Source of the DNA: Dehalococcoidia bacterium
GTDB taxonomy: Bacteria; Chloroflexota; Dehalococcoidia; Lucifugimonadales; SAR202-VII-2
Direction of reading: 5' to 3'
Assembly: GCA_965226745.1 (NCBI GenBank)
Contig: CBDDDS010000002.1
Coordinates: forward strand, 92,801-156,800
DNA: 64,000 nucleotides
Part shown: positions 1 through 9,996 of the stretch, piece by piece
Layout of the letters: each line of letters opens with the position of its first letter
How positions within the stretch are numbered: position 1 is the stretch's first letter
Notes under the pieces: generated by a model
What the model was told of the DNA's origin: nothing
Databases searched by the model: none
Seen by the model: only the letters and a program-made list of their open reading frames with translations
Program-made: the position numbers and the translations under genes

Positions 1-426
1 GAACTTGTCACCGATCTTGAAGGCCTGGCGGCGATACATGAGCACCCATTTGATGCCGTTCCGGCCCAGCCACTTCATCGTGGGGTTTGCCTGGGTGACG
101 AGGATGTTGGCGAGCTCGGGGTCGGTGAGGCCCTCCGTGACCCGCATGAGGTCGCTGTAGAACTTCTCCTGCGAGTATTGGCCCACGTCGACGGAGGCCT
201 CTTCCTCCTCGGAGAGGTCGGGGATCAGGTCCCTGACGTCCTCGATGCCGGAGAAGGGAAAACGCAGCGTGCCACCCGTGAAATAGGTGTTGCCCCCCCG
301 CAGATGCTCGGGGGCCTTTTCCAACGCTATGGCCTTCGCCCCACCCTCGGCGGCGGCGATGGCGGCGGAAAGGGCGGCGTTTCCGGCGCCCACAACAATG
401 ACATCGTACCGGTCTTGCGTAGTCAA
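1..426 (-). CDS. FAD-dependent oxidoreductase, N-terminal part (TcuA / fumarate-reductase-flavoprotein-like); 3' end lies outside the window
   Basis: Own minus-strand translation from TTG 426 (GGAGG 5 nt upstream): MTTQDRYDVIVVGAGNAALSAAIAAAEGGAKAIALEKAPEHLRGGNTYFTGGTLRF... The GxGxxA dinucleotide-binding motif is present. Absent from the ORF track because there is no stop inside the window. Confidence 0.75.
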   Translation of the reverse strand, partial: MTTQDRYDVIVVGAGNAALSAAIAAAEGGAKAIALEKAPEHLRGGNTYFTGGTLRFPFSGIEDVRDLIPDLSEEEEASVDVGQYSQEKFYSDLMRVTEGLTDPELANILVTQANPTMKWLGRNGIKWVLMYRRQAFKIGDKF

Positions 427-567
427 CCGCGCCTCCTAGAGAGAGAGTCCATGCGCTACGTCGCCCAATCACCCACCGCCACCATCCCCTTCTACCGCAC
501 CCTCTGTAGGATATAGTATGGTGCAGCCGCAATCCAAACAAGGATTAGACCGGGGGCGAGGAGAACC

Positions 568-855
568 ATGCCGGCATGCGTGATAACTGATGTTGAGATA
601 ACGGACGCGAGTCTCTACGGACAGTTTATTGAGCAGGTGACGGCTACTGTTGGGAGTCACGGCGGCAAGTTCACGGCGCGCGGCGGCGGGATTGAAGTCC
701 TATCGGGGGACTAGACGCCCAAACGGATCGCGATGCTCGAATTCGACAACCTCGAACAGGTACATGCCTGGCTAAGCTCTCCGGAGTACACTGCACTCGA
801 TGACATTCGCATCAAGTCCTCCAATATCAACATGATAGTCTTCGAGGGCTTGTAA
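568..855 (+). pseudogene. DUF1330 family protein interrupted by an in-frame TAG (712-714)
   Basis: Own translation: MPACVITDVEITDASLYGQFIEQVTATVGSHGGKFTARGGGIEVLSGD*TPKRIAMLEFDNLEQVHAWLSSPEYTALDDIRIKSSNINMIVFEGL. It is a single frame of 95 codons, and the stop sits at the family's conserved Trp position. Confidence 0.7.
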
Positions 856-1103
856 CTTTGCCTCGCACCAGGCGTCGTTTCTAGCGCCTGGCACTCAGTG
901 GCCTTACGGCTCTCGGGAGCGAGACACAGGGCGTTCGGATATTGCCCACATGTCGCCCATCGCGATGAGGAGCGGTGGGCGCTGCGTCTCTCTTGGGCTT
1001 GAAGCGTTTCCACCGCGCCAGTGCGTTGACTCAGGGTTGTACGACCCGTAGTCAGGCTGGTGGAGGGAGGTTACGCAGACCAACCTGATTAAGTGGAGGA
1101 ACC

Positions 1104-2794
1104 ATGGCCAAAATGAGCGGGGGCGAAGCCCTCGTGAAGTCACTCATAAGGGAGGGCGTCGAAGTCGTGTTCGGAATTCCGGGCATCCATATGTCGGGGA
1201 TCGTCGTCGCGATGCGAGACGAGCCGGGCATTCGCCTGATCACGACGCGCCACGAACAGGGCGCGGCGCACATGGCCGACGGCTATGCCCGCGCGTCGGG
1301 GAAACCAGGGGGGTAGCCTTCGTCATCCCTGGCGTGGGCGTGTACAACGCCGCCAGCGGTCTGGCCACGGCGTACGCGCGCTCCTCACCTGTGCTCCTTA
1401 TTGCCGGCCAGATCCCCCGCAGTCAGATTGGCAAGGATCTCGGAGCCGTGCACGAAGTCTCGAACCAACTCGACGCGGTGCGCTCCGTGACCAAGTGGCG
1501 GCGGCAGGTGCTCACGCCCCGGGATATTCCAGCCGCCGTGTCCGAAGCGTTCCGACAGATGCGCACCGGCCGCCCCCGTCCCGTTATGATCGAGATGCCC
1601 CCCGAGACCGTGGTGGAACGAGATGAAGTCGCGCTGCGGAACCCGGCCCCTCTCTCGCGAATCGTGCCGAGCCAGGAACAGCTTCGGGAGGCCGCCCGCG
1701 TTATCGCCCAAGCTCGCCTGCCCTTGATATTCGCCGGGGGCGGCGTGGCGCATTCAGACGCGGAACAAGCTCTTGTCGAACTGGCCGAAGCGACAAACAT
1801 ACCGGTGATTACGTCCAGCGGAGGCAAGGGCGCCATACCCGACCGTCATCCGCTAGCCTACGGCTCGTGCCTGGGCCCCCGGGCGGAGCGGCACGAGTTG
1901 AACCAGCTTTATGAAGTGATGCAGGCCGCCGACGTCGTGATCGGCGTTGGCACGCGTTTTTCGCTGGGCAATCCGGCCGGCGAGGCGTCTACGTTGATAA
2001 ATATCAACATCGACGACACAGAGCTCACGAGAATCCAAGCGAACACCATTCCCCTGCACGGCGACGCCAAAGCGACCATCGAAGCCCTGCTCCCCTTCTT
2101 GGACGAGGTCGGAGAGGGAGACCGCCCGTCGCCCGAAGAGGCGGTCACGGCGGCCCGGCGCCTGATCGCGTACCACGACATCGGCCTCCAAGAGCCACAG
2201 TATCCGATCCTCGAGGCCATGCGGAAAGGCCTCCCCGAGGACACGTTCATAACCTGGGACGTCACGCAGTTCGGCTACTACGCCCGCACCCACTACCAGG
2301 TGAACCACCCCAAGACTTACATAGATTCCGGGTACTCGTTCAACCTTGGCTACTCCTTCCCGACGGCGCTAGACGCGAAGGTGGCGCAACCCGACCGCCC
2401 CGTCGTGTGCGTCAGCGGCGATGGCGGGTTCATGTTCAACGCGACTGAGCTTTCCACGGCGGTCAAGTACGGGATCAACGTTACGACCGTCGTCTTCCGA
2501 GACGACTCCTACGGCAACGTCACCCGCGATCTGGACGAGTCATTTGCCGGGACGTACGAGACCGACCTGCTCAACCCGGACCTCGTGGCGTTCGCCGAGT
2601 CGTTCGGCGCCGTTGGCATGCGGGCGAACGATCCCATGGAGCTTGAAACGCTGCTGCCGCTCGCGTTGGAACGCCGGGCGCCGGTAGTCATCGACGTTCC
2701 CATAGGCGAGATGCCGCTGCCGCGCGCCAAGCAGTTTGCGAATCTTCCCTCCGTTCCTTGGACGCAGCCCCAGGAGGGCCTAATCCCGTCCTGA
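1104..2794 (+). pseudogene. Thiamine-diphosphate enzyme (acetolactate synthase large subunit / IlvB-like family), frameshifted at a G6 run (1308-1313)
   Basis: Track ORFs 1104-1316 (MAKMSGGEALVKSLIREGVEVVFGIPG...ARASGKPGG*) and 1334-2794 are the N-terminus and the rest of one TPP enzyme. The second frame read back gives ...GVAFVIPGVGVYNAASGLATAYARSSPVLLIAGQ. The GDGGFMFN...N TPP-binding motif is near the C-terminus. Confidence 0.8.
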
Positions 2795-2993
2795 CCTCCT
2801 GGCCCGCGCCATCCGGGTCGACGGGGACCCGATGTCCAGGCTGGACTCGAGGAGGCCTGTCAGCGGCGCTGCGTCCGGCTCTTCGCGCTACCCCGCGCTC
2901 GCCATAGCTGAACGAGTGCGGGGAGCGAGCCCTACGCAGTCATGCCGAGAGATCTATGAGCGCACCCCGTTCCCGCCGGCGACAGCCGGCCTC

Positions 2994-3140
2994 ACTCACG
3001 AGCGCCTAGCCTGGGAGCGCGCCTACGGCGCCATCCGCCCCCACCAGGCCCTCGGTTACCTCACCCCGCTCAGTTCATGCAATGCTGGTCTACTCAGAGA
3101 AAGGAGGCTCAGCGTCACTCATGTATTGGACGAGAACACC
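2994..3140 (+). mobile_element. Relic of an integrase-core (rve) transposase C-terminus, IS481-like; no intact transposase gene
   Basis: In the frame of track ORF 2832-3695: THERLAWERAYGAIRPHQALGYLTPLSSCNAGLLRERRLSVTHVLDENT. The RPHQALGYLTP motif and a V-T-x-V-L-x-E/Q-x-T tail are typical of the last ~50 aa of IS481/IS3-type DDE transposases. Nothing upstream is recognisable. Confidence 0.5.
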
Positions 3141-3143
3141 CGT

Positions 3144-3172
3144 TTGACAGGCGGCGCGGCTCCTGCTACACT
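3144..3172 (+). promoter_or_regulatory. Sigma-70-type promoter of the str operon: TTGACA-17 nt-TACACT
   Basis: Consensus -35 hexamer at 3144-3149, a 17-nt spacer and TACACT at 3167-3172, about 57 nt upstream of the rpsL ATG. Confidence 0.55.
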
Positions 3173-3228
3173 CCCTGAGTTGCGCGGGGCCACCCCGGCC
3201 TATTATCAACGCCCTCCAGAGGGAATGT

Positions 3229-3642
3229 ATGCCGACCGTAAACCAGTTGATTCGCAAGGGCCGCAAGCCTCTCAAGAAGAAGACGAAGGCTCCGGCATTG
3301 CGTTTCGTGCACAATTCCCTGAAGAACGTCACGCGCAGGGGGCCCGGCTGCCCACAGAGACGGGGCGTCTGCGTACAGGTGAGGACGGTGACGCCCAAGA
3401 AGCCGAACTCGGCCCTGCGGAAGGTTGCCAGGGTTCGTCTGACCAACGGGGTGGAGATCACGGCCTACATCCCGGGCGAGGGGCACAATCTCCAGGAGCA
3501 CTCGGTGGTCCTGGTGAGGGGCGGCAGAGTGAAGGACCTGCCCGGCGTCCGCTATCACATTGTGCGGGGCACGTTGGACGCCGGCGGGGTACAGAGCCGC
3601 AAGCGAGGCCGAAGCAAGTACGGCACCAAGCGGGGCCGTTAG
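3229..3642 (+). CDS. rpsL: 30S ribosomal protein S12
   Basis: 137 aa. [14 protein letters not shown]..., with [17 protein letters not shown] and [13 protein letters not shown] motifs. Confidence 0.98.
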   Translation: MPTVNQLIRKGRKPLKKKTKAPALRFVHNSLKNVTRRGPGCPQRRGVCVQVRTVTPKKPNSALRKVARVRLTNGVEITAYIPGEGHNLQEHSVVLVRGGRVKDLPGVRYHIVRGTLDAGGVQSRKRGRSKYGTKRGR

Positions 3643-3657
3643 GAATCACGAGGAACA

Positions 3658-4128
3658 ATGGCGCGAAGACATCGAGCAGTCCGAAGGGACGTTGAACCCG
3701 ACCCACGCTACGGCAGCAGGGACTTGGCCCGGTTCATTAACAAGATTATGGAGCGCGGCAAGAAGTCGGTGGCGCAGCGGGTGGTCTACACGGCGCTGCA
3801 ATCCGCGGAAGCGGATGCGCACCGGGATGCCCTGGAAGTGTTCAACATGGCGCTGCGCAACACCACGCCCCTGCTGGAAGTGAAACCCCGGCGGGTTGGA
3901 GGGGCCACCTATCAGGTGCCCATAGAGGTCCGCCCGTCGCGGGGCCAGACCCTGGCGATGCGCTGGCTGATAAACGCCTGCAGGGCGCGCACCGGCAGGC
4001 CCATGGCAGAGCGCTTGGCCCAGGAATTGCTCGAAGCCTCCCGGGGCCAGGGCGCGGCTGCAAAGCGACGCGAAGACACACACCGCATGGCCGAGGCAAA
4101 TAGGGCGTTCGTACATTACCGATGGTAG
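3658..4128 (+). CDS. rpsG: 30S ribosomal protein S7
   Basis: 156 aa. [18 protein letters not shown]... ending ...NRAFVHYRW. Follows rpsL. Confidence 0.98.
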   Translation: MARRHRAVRRDVEPDPRYGSRDLARFINKIMERGKKSVAQRVVYTALQSAEADAHRDALEVFNMALRNTTPLLEVKPRRVGGATYQVPIEVRPSRGQTLAMRWLINACRARTGRPMAERLAQELLEASRGQGAAAKRREDTHRMAEANRAFVHYRW

Positions 4129-4177
4129 GTGCGCATGTCACAATATCGCCGCGATCAGAGGAAATGGTTCAGGAGAC

Positions 4178-6253
4178 ATGGACGAACAGGTTCCGTTACA
4201 TCTAATTCGCAATATCGGATTTATAGCTCACATCGACGCCGGAAAGACGACCGTCACAGAGCGCGCGCTGTTTTTTACTGGCCGCACCTACAAGCTCGGA
4301 TCGGTTGATGACGGCACTGCCGTGATGGATTGGATGGTCCAGGAGCGAGAGAGGGGCATCACCATCACCGCAGCGGCCACGACGGCAGATTGGAAGGGCT
4401 ATCGAATCAACGTCATCGACACGCCAGGCCACGTGGACTTCACCGCTGAGGTCGAGCGGAGCCTGCGAGTCCTAGACGGGGGCGTTGTCATTTTCGACGG
4501 CGTTGCCGGCGTGCAGCCTCAGTCGGAAACCGTCTGGCGCCAGGCCGAGCGATACCGGGTCCCCCGGATTTGCTTCATCAACAAGTTGGACAGGGTCGGA
4601 GCGGACTTCCTCCGGGCCATCGGCACGATTCGCCAACGCCTGGGCGCCAACCCCATTCCCATTCAGCTTCCGATCGGCAGCGAGGGCGATTTTCACGGCG
4701 TCGTGGATCTGATCGACGGCGTCGCCTACTTCTACACGGACGCCAAGGCGATGGTCCCCGAGGAGGGGCCTATCCCGGACAACCTCCGGGAAGAGTTCCA
4801 GCGGGCGAGAGATGCGATGCTGGAGCAGGTCGCCGAGGTGGACGACGACCTCGCCACCAAGTACCTGGAGGGAATGGACATCAGCCCCGGCGAGATCCGG
4901 GCGGCGCTCCGGAAGGCCACGCTTTTGCACAAGGCCGTGCCGGTAGTGGGAGGCTCTGCCCTCCGCAACATGGGCGTGCAGCCCATGTTGGACGCGGTTC
5001 TGGCCTACCTGCCCTCCCCTATTGATGTCCCTCCGGTTGAGGGAGTCCATCCAGTGAACGGCACCCCCGAAATCCGCGAGGTCAGTGACCAGGAGCCCTT
5101 CTCAGCGCTTGCCTTCAAGGTGGTGACCGATCCTCACGTTGGCCGGTTGGTCTACTTCCGGGTGTACTCCGGGGTCGTGAAGTCCGGCGGAATGGTGTAC
5201 AACTCCGTCAAGGGAAGACGCGAGCGTATTGGGCGGCTCCTCCGCATGCACGCCAACCACCGGGAGGAGTCGGAAACCATTTCCACTGGCAACATTGCCG
5301 CCGCGGTTGGCCTGAAGAACTGTTTCACCGGCGACACCATCTGCGACGAGAAGTCGCTGATCCTGCTGGAAGCCATCCGGTTCCCCGAACCCGTCCTCTC
5401 CGTTGCCATAGAGCCCAAGACCAAGACAGACCAGGACGCGCTGACGGACGCGCTGGTCAAGCTTTCTGACGAAGACCCCACCTTCCGCGTGCGCTACGAC
5501 CAAGAGACCGGGCAGACCCTGATCTCCGGCATGGGCGAGCTGCATTTGGAGGTCCTCGTTGACCGCCTGAAGCGGGAGTTCAACGTCAACGCCAATATGG
5601 GCAAGCCCCGCGTCGCCTACCGGGAGACGATCGGCGAGCCTGCCAAGGCGGAGGGCCGGTTCGTGCGGCAGACCGGCGGGCACGGGCAATACGGCCACGT
5701 CGAGTTGCTTCTGGAGCCTACCGAGATCGGACAACCCTTCTCATTCGAGAATCGCACGGTTGGCGGCACGGTGCCTAGGGAATTCATTCCGGGCGTGCAA
5801 GCGGGCGCCAGGGAAGCTATGGACAACGGCATCGTGGCGGGATACCCGGTGGTCGGCGTCAAGGCGGTGTTGCTGGACGGTAGCTATCACCCCGTGGACT
5901 CCTCGGAGATCGCCTTCAAGGTGGCGGCCTCCATGGCGTTCAAGGCAGCTATGCGCAAGGCCAAGCCCTATCTCCTGGAGCCGGTTATGAAGCTCGTGGT
6001 CATCACCCCCGGCGAGTTTCTTGGCGACGTGCTCGGCGACCTGAGCGGGCGCAGGGCCCAGATTCACGGCGTAGAAGGCCAGGTGGGCGAAGAGGCGACT
6101 CAGGTGGTTCAGGCAACCGTACCGTTGGCCGAACTTTCCGGGTACACTACGGATCTGCGGTCCATGACTCAGGGCAGGGCTACGGGATCGGTAGAGTTTG
6201 ATAGCTACCATCGGGCACCCGATTCCGTTTCACAGGAAGTCCTCGTAAGATAA
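4178..6253 (+). CDS. fusA: Elongation factor G
   Basis: 691 aa. GTPase motifs [14 protein letters not shown] and NKLD are present, and it sits in the canonical position after rpsG. Confidence 0.97.
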   Translation: MDEQVPLHLIRNIGFIAHIDAGKTTVTERALFFTGRTYKLGSVDDGTAVMDWMVQERERGITITAAATTADWKGYRINVIDTPGHVDFTAEVERSLRVLDGGVVIFDGVAGVQPQSETVWRQAERYRVPRICFINKLDRVGADFLRAIGTIRQRLGANPIPIQLPIGSEGDFHGVVDLIDGVAYFYTDAKAMVPEEGPIPDNLREEFQRARDAMLEQVAEVDDDLATKYLEGMDISPGEIRAALRKATLLHKAVPVVGGSALRNMGVQPMLDAVLAYLPSPIDVPPVEGVHPVNGTPEIREVSDQEPFSALAFKVVTDPHVGRLVYFRVYSGVVKSGGMVYNSVKGRRERIGRLLRMHANHREESETISTGNIAAAVGLKNCFTGDTICDEKSLILLEAIRFPEPVLSVAIEPKTKTDQDALTDALVKLSDEDPTFRVRYDQETGQTLISGMGELHLEVLVDRLKREFNVNANMGKPRVAYRETIGEPAKAEGRFVRQTGGHGQYGHVELLLEPTEIGQPFSFENRTVGGTVPREFIPGVQAGAREAMDNGIVAGYPVVGVKAVLLDGSYHPVDSSEIAFKVAASMAFKAAMRKAKPYLLEPVMKLVVITPGEFLGDVLGDLSGRRAQIHGVEGQVGEEATQVVQATVPLAELSGYTTDLRSMTQGRATGSVEFDSYHRAPDSVSQEVLVR

Positions 6254-6319
6254 CAACGGCGTTTGGCCCGGCGCCTCAGGCAGCGGGCCACAAACTACCG
6301 AGGAGATGCAGAAAGCGCT

Positions 6320-6628
6320 ATGGCGCGGCAAAAGATAAGAATAATCCTGAAGGCGTTCGATCACCGGACCCTCGATTTGTCCGCGAGGCAGATCGTGGAG
6401 GCCGCCGAGCGCACCGGCGCCATCGTGGCGGGACCGGTGCCCCTGCCCACCCGCATCAAGCGGTGGTGTGTCATACGTTCCCCGCACATCGACAAGGACT
6501 CGCGGGAGCATTTCCAGCTCTCTACTCATAAGCGCCTGATCGACATTCTTGATCCCACCAGCAAGACCATCGACTCGCTGACCCGGCTGAACGTGCCGGC
6601 GGGAGTCGACATCTCCATCAAGCTCTAG
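6320..6628 (+). CDS. rpsJ: 30S ribosomal protein S10
   Basis: Track ORF 6263-6628 trimmed to ATG 6320 ([19 protein letters not shown]...). 102 aa is the normal S10 length. Confidence 0.95.
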   Translation: MARQKIRIILKAFDHRTLDLSARQIVEAAERTGAIVAGPVPLPTRIKRWCVIRSPHIDKDSREHFQLSTHKRLIDILDPTSKTIDSLTRLNVPAGVDISIKL

Positions 6629-6634
6629 ATCATC

Positions 6635-7261
6635 ATGGTCAACGGCATTATCGGCAAAAAGATAGGCATGACGCGGATCTTCCACGAGAACGGCGTGGTG
6701 TCCGCAGTGAGCGTGATCCAGGCGGGCCCGTGCACGGTCACCACCGTGAAGACGCAAGCCAGGGACGGCTATGAGGCCGTGCAGCTTGGGTACGGGGCAA
6801 GCCACCGGCTGACCAAGCCGGAGAAGGGGCATCTCCGAGCCAGCGGCTCGGAGGCGCGGCACCTCAGGGAATTCCCCGTCGATGGCCAGACCGTGGAGGT
6901 TGGCCAGCGGGTCACCGTCGACATATTCGAGCCCGGGGAGAGGGTGGACATCATCTCCAACTCCAAGGGCAAGGGATTCGCGGGCGTGGTCAAGCGGTAT
7001 CATTTCAAGGGTGGCCCTCGAACCCATGGACAGAAGGACCGGCTCCGCGCTCCCGGGGCCATTGGCGCCGGCACCTTTCCGGGCCGCGTTGTCAAGGGTC
7101 AGAAAATGGCCGGGCACATGGGCAATGCCCGCACAACCGTGCAGAATGTTGAAGTGGTGCAGGCGGACGCGGAACGAAACCTCCTCTTTGTGAAGGGGTC
7201 TGTTCCCGGCGCCCGCAACACACTCGTCATGATTCGCCGAGCGCAGAAGGCTTCGAGGTAG
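6635..7261 (+). CDS. rplC: 50S ribosomal protein L3
   Basis: 208 aa. [16 protein letters not shown]...; S10-operon order. Confidence 0.97.
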   Translation: MVNGIIGKKIGMTRIFHENGVVSAVSVIQAGPCTVTTVKTQARDGYEAVQLGYGASHRLTKPEKGHLRASGSEARHLREFPVDGQTVEVGQRVTVDIFEPGERVDIISNSKGKGFAGVVKRYHFKGGPRTHGQKDRLRAPGAIGAGTFPGRVVKGQKMAGHMGNARTTVQNVEVVQADAERNLLFVKGSVPGARNTLVMIRRAQKASR

Positions 7262-7264
7262 GCA

Positions 7265-8173
7265 GTGCAACTCCCGATTCACAATAGTAAGGGTGAAGTA
7301 GTCGGCCAGGCTGAGGTGGCGGATGTCCTTTTTGGCGGGCCGGTCAACCGGCCCCTGCTCCACCAGGTCCTGGTAGCCCAGCTTGGCAATCACCGAGCGG
7401 GAACTCACTCCACGAAGACCCGCGCGGAAGTGTCCGGAGGCGGTCGCAAGCCCCGGCCCCAGAAGTACACCGGACGGTCCCGCCAGGGGAGCATTCGCTC
7501 GCCCCAGTGGAAGGGCGGGGGCATCGTCTTTGGCCCCAGGCCCCGCAGCCATCTCCGCGATATTCCCAAGAAGATGCGCAGGCTGGCCCTCCGGTCAGCG
7601 CTGTCTTCCCGGGTGGGTTCCAGCGAAGTGATCCTGCTCGAGTCCTTAGCCTTCGCCGCGCCCAAGACGCAGGAGCTCCGCATCGCCCTCCAGAACGTGG
7701 GCGCCCACAGGTCCACGCTCGTGGTCATCGGCGAACCCACGCGGACCCTCGCGCTGTCGGCCCGCAACCTGACGAGGGTTCGGGTTCTGCCAGCCGACAG
7801 GCTCAATGTTGAAGACGTGCTGCGGTACCATCGGATCGTCATGACGGTGGATGCCGTCCGCAAGGCGGAAGAGCTGTGGGCAAGGCCGCTGATGAAACGA
7901 GAGGTCGGCCTATTGGGGGCGGCTGTGACAGCGCCGGAGGCTGAGGCAGAGGACGCCGCGGCCACCGAGGACAGAGCTGAAGTTGCGGCCCAGCCCGAGG
8001 CGGCAATCGCGGCCTCAGTGGATGACGCAGCCGCGGCAACAGAAGACGATGCCGACGCGACAGCGGGCGCTTCTGTTGAGGCGCCCCTAGAAGTAGAAGC
8101 CGGCTCCGAGCCAGCGCCCGCCGCTTCGTCCGAAGAAGCGGCGGAAGACGGCCAACCAGAGGACAAAGAGTAA
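7265..8173 (+). CDS. rplD: 50S ribosomal protein L4 with ~95-aa Ala/Glu/Asp-rich C-terminal extension
   Basis: 302 aa, GTG start. An L4 core of about 205 aa (...GGGRKPRPQKYTGRSRQGS...) is followed by ...APEAEAEDAAATEDRAEVAAQPEAA...EEAAEDGQPEDKE. Confidence 0.95.
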   Translation: MQLPIHNSKGEVVGQAEVADVLFGGPVNRPLLHQVLVAQLGNHRAGTHSTKTRAEVSGGGRKPRPQKYTGRSRQGSIRSPQWKGGGIVFGPRPRSHLRDIPKKMRRLALRSALSSRVGSSEVILLESLAFAAPKTQELRIALQNVGAHRSTLVVIGEPTRTLALSARNLTRVRVLPADRLNVEDVLRYHRIVMTVDAVRKAEELWARPLMKREVGLLGAAVTAPEAEAEDAAATEDRAEVAAQPEAAIAASVDDAAAATEDDADATAGASVEAPLEVEAGSEPAPAASSEEAAEDGQPEDKE

Positions 8174-8179
8174 ACAGCC

Positions 8180-8464
8180 ATGGACCTTCACGAAGTTCTC
8201 CGGAGGCCGGTCGTAACCGAGAAGAGTACGCTGATGCAGGACAGGCAGAAGTACGTGTTCGAGGTGGCGCCTGAGGCCAACAAGGTCCAGATAAAGGAAG
8301 CGGTGGAGACGGTCTTCAGTGTGAGCGTCATTGACGTCAATGTAATGAAGGTGCGGCCCAAGCCCAAGCGGCGGGGCGCGCACCGATACCAGACGCGTAT
8401 GTGGAAGAAGGCCATCGTCACCCTGACTGCAGAGTCCAAGATCGAATTTTTCGAAGGGGCATAG
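8180..8464 (+). CDS. rplW: 50S ribosomal protein L23
   Basis: 94 aa. MDLHEVLRRPVVTEKSTLMQDRQKYVFEV... Confidence 0.96.
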   Translation: MDLHEVLRRPVVTEKSTLMQDRQKYVFEVAPEANKVQIKEAVETVFSVSVIDVNVMKVRPKPKRRGAHRYQTRMWKKAIVTLTAESKIEFFEGA

Positions 8465-8467
8465 GCT

Positions 8468-9298
8468 ATGCCGGCGACGAAGAAGTACAAACCAACGACT
8501 CCAGGGCAACGCGGCACGGTGCGCTCCTCGTTCGAGGAGATCACAAAGACGAAGCCGGAAAAGCGCCTGGTCGTGGGAGGGAAGCGCTCCGGGGGACGAG
8601 GCGTCCGCGGGACAATCACCGTCCGACACCGCGGCGGCGGACACAAGCGGAGGCTCCGTATTGTGGACCTGAAGCGGGTGAAGCGGGGGGTTCCCGGCAA
8701 GGTCATTGCCATCGAGTACGACCCCTACCGGTCCTCGAGGCTGGCCCTGGTGCAGTACGTGGACGGGGCCAAGAGCTACATTCTGGCGGCCAATGGGGTC
8801 CAGGTTGGGGCGTCCGTTGAGGCGGGGCCGGATGCATCGCTGAAGCCCGGGTGCGCCCTGCCCTTGCGAGTAATACCCACGGGCCAGCAGGTCCACAACA
8901 TCGAACTGAACCCTGGCGCGGGCGGACAACTGGTGCGCAGCGCTGGGACCTCTGCCCAGGTCATGGCGCGGGAGGACAACAGAGTGAGCCTGCGCTTGCC
9001 CTCCGGGGAGACCCGTTGGGTCAACCATGAGTGCTACGCAACGATTGGCCAGGTTGGCAACGTTGAGAACAAGAACCTCAAAATCGGCAAGGCAGGACGC
9101 AAGCGGCACATGGGCTGGCGTCCCACGGTGAGGGGCTCAGCGATGACGCCCAGGGATCACCCCCACGGGGGCGGTGAGGGCCGATCGCCGATTGGGATGC
9201 CCCACCCCAAGACGCCTTGGGGCAAACCGGCGCTGGGCGCGCGCACTCGCCGCAACAAGCGCACGAACGTTTTTATCGTGCGGCGGCGGAACAAGTAG
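8468..9298 (+). CDS. rplB: 50S ribosomal protein L2
   Basis: 276 aa. [15 protein letters not shown] and [14 protein letters not shown] motifs. Confidence 0.98.
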   Translation: MPATKKYKPTTPGQRGTVRSSFEEITKTKPEKRLVVGGKRSGGRGVRGTITVRHRGGGHKRRLRIVDLKRVKRGVPGKVIAIEYDPYRSSRLALVQYVDGAKSYILAANGVQVGASVEAGPDASLKPGCALPLRVIPTGQQVHNIELNPGAGGQLVRSAGTSAQVMAREDNRVSLRLPSGETRWVNHECYATIGQVGNVENKNLKIGKAGRKRHMGWRPTVRGSAMTPRDHPHGGGEGRSPIGMPHPKTPWGKPALGARTRRNKRTNVFIVRRRNK

Positions 9299-9363
9299 GC
9301 CGAGGCTGGCCACCGGAGTCTCAAGGCGAGGACTAGTCAAAAAGACACGAGAGAGAGGGGTCG

Positions 9364-9648
9364 ATGTCCCGATCGATTAAGAAGGGTCCGTACGTACACC
9401 CGAAGTTGGCCAAGAAGGTGGAGCGCATCCAGAGGAGCGGCTCCAAGATCATCATCAAGACGTGGTCCCGGGCCTCCATGATCATGCCTGATATGATCAG
9501 CCTGACCATCGCGATCCACAATGGACGCCGGCACATACCGATCTTCATCACGGAAAACATGGTGGGGCACCGGCTTGGGGAGTTCGCTCCCACCCGGACC
9601 TTCCACGGGCACGTATCCAAGTCAGACCGGACGCGGATGCGGAGTTAG
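9364..9648 (+). CDS. rpsS: 30S ribosomal protein S19
   Basis: 94 aa. [15 protein letters not shown]... Confidence 0.97.
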   Translation: MSRSIKKGPYVHPKLAKKVERIQRSGSKIIIKTWSRASMIMPDMISLTIAIHNGRRHIPIFITENMVGHRLGEFAPTRTFHGHVSKSDRTRMRS

Positions 9649-9656
9649 GAGCGGCA

Positions 9657-9995
9657 ATGGCAGTGACAGCGAGTGTGAGGAATTTGGGTGTGTCGCCCCT
9701 GAAGGCGCGGCTGATTCTGGATGTCATCCGGGGAGAGCGGGTGGAGCAAGCGCTGAACGTGCTTCGTTTCATGCCCAGCCCCACGGCTCGCGACATTGCC
9801 AAGGTGGTCAAGTCGGCGGCCGCCAACGCGGAGAACAACAACTTTCTGGCGCCTGGGGAGCTGCACATCGTGGCGGCCTACGCCAACGACGGAATGCGGC
9901 TCCGTCGCTTCCGGCCAAGGGCCAGGGGTCGGGCGGACCGCATAACGCGGCGGCACACGCACGTAACCATCGTCGTGGACGAGAAGGAGCAATAG
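9657..9995 (+). CDS. rplV: 50S ribosomal protein L22
   Basis: 112 aa. ...SPLKARLILDVIRGERVEQALNVLRF... Confidence 0.97.
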   Translation: MAVTASVRNLGVSPLKARLILDVIRGERVEQALNVLRFMPSPTARDIAKVVKSAAANAENNNFLAPGELHIVAAYANDGMRLRRFRPRARGRADRITRRHTHVTIVVDEKEQ

Positions 9996-9996
9996 C

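Noticed and set aside
2832-3695. 287-aa plus-strand ORF spanning the rpsL upstream region and rpsL itself in another frame.
   Set aside because: Only a ~49-aa piece (2994-3140) looks like anything (a transposase C-terminus). The remainder overlaps rpsL out of frame and is low-complexity. It is treated as an IS relic plus a chance open frame.
6253-6320. Absence of tuf between fusA and rpsJ.
   Set aside because: This is a real observation, but several lineages (including Dehalococcoidia, as far as I recall) keep tuf with the secE-nusG cluster instead. I do not consider it anomalous without the full genome.
6230-7552. Long antisense ORFs opposite clearly identified genes, for example 6230-7552 (440 aa), 8087-9109, 11482-12819 (445 aa), 39495-40658, 52710-54287 (525 aa) and 55649-56791.
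   Set aside because: Their translations are Arg/Gly/Ala/Pro/His-rich with no family resemblance. The opposite strand encodes unmistakable ribosomal, bio or hyu proteins. Open antisense frames are expected at this GC content.
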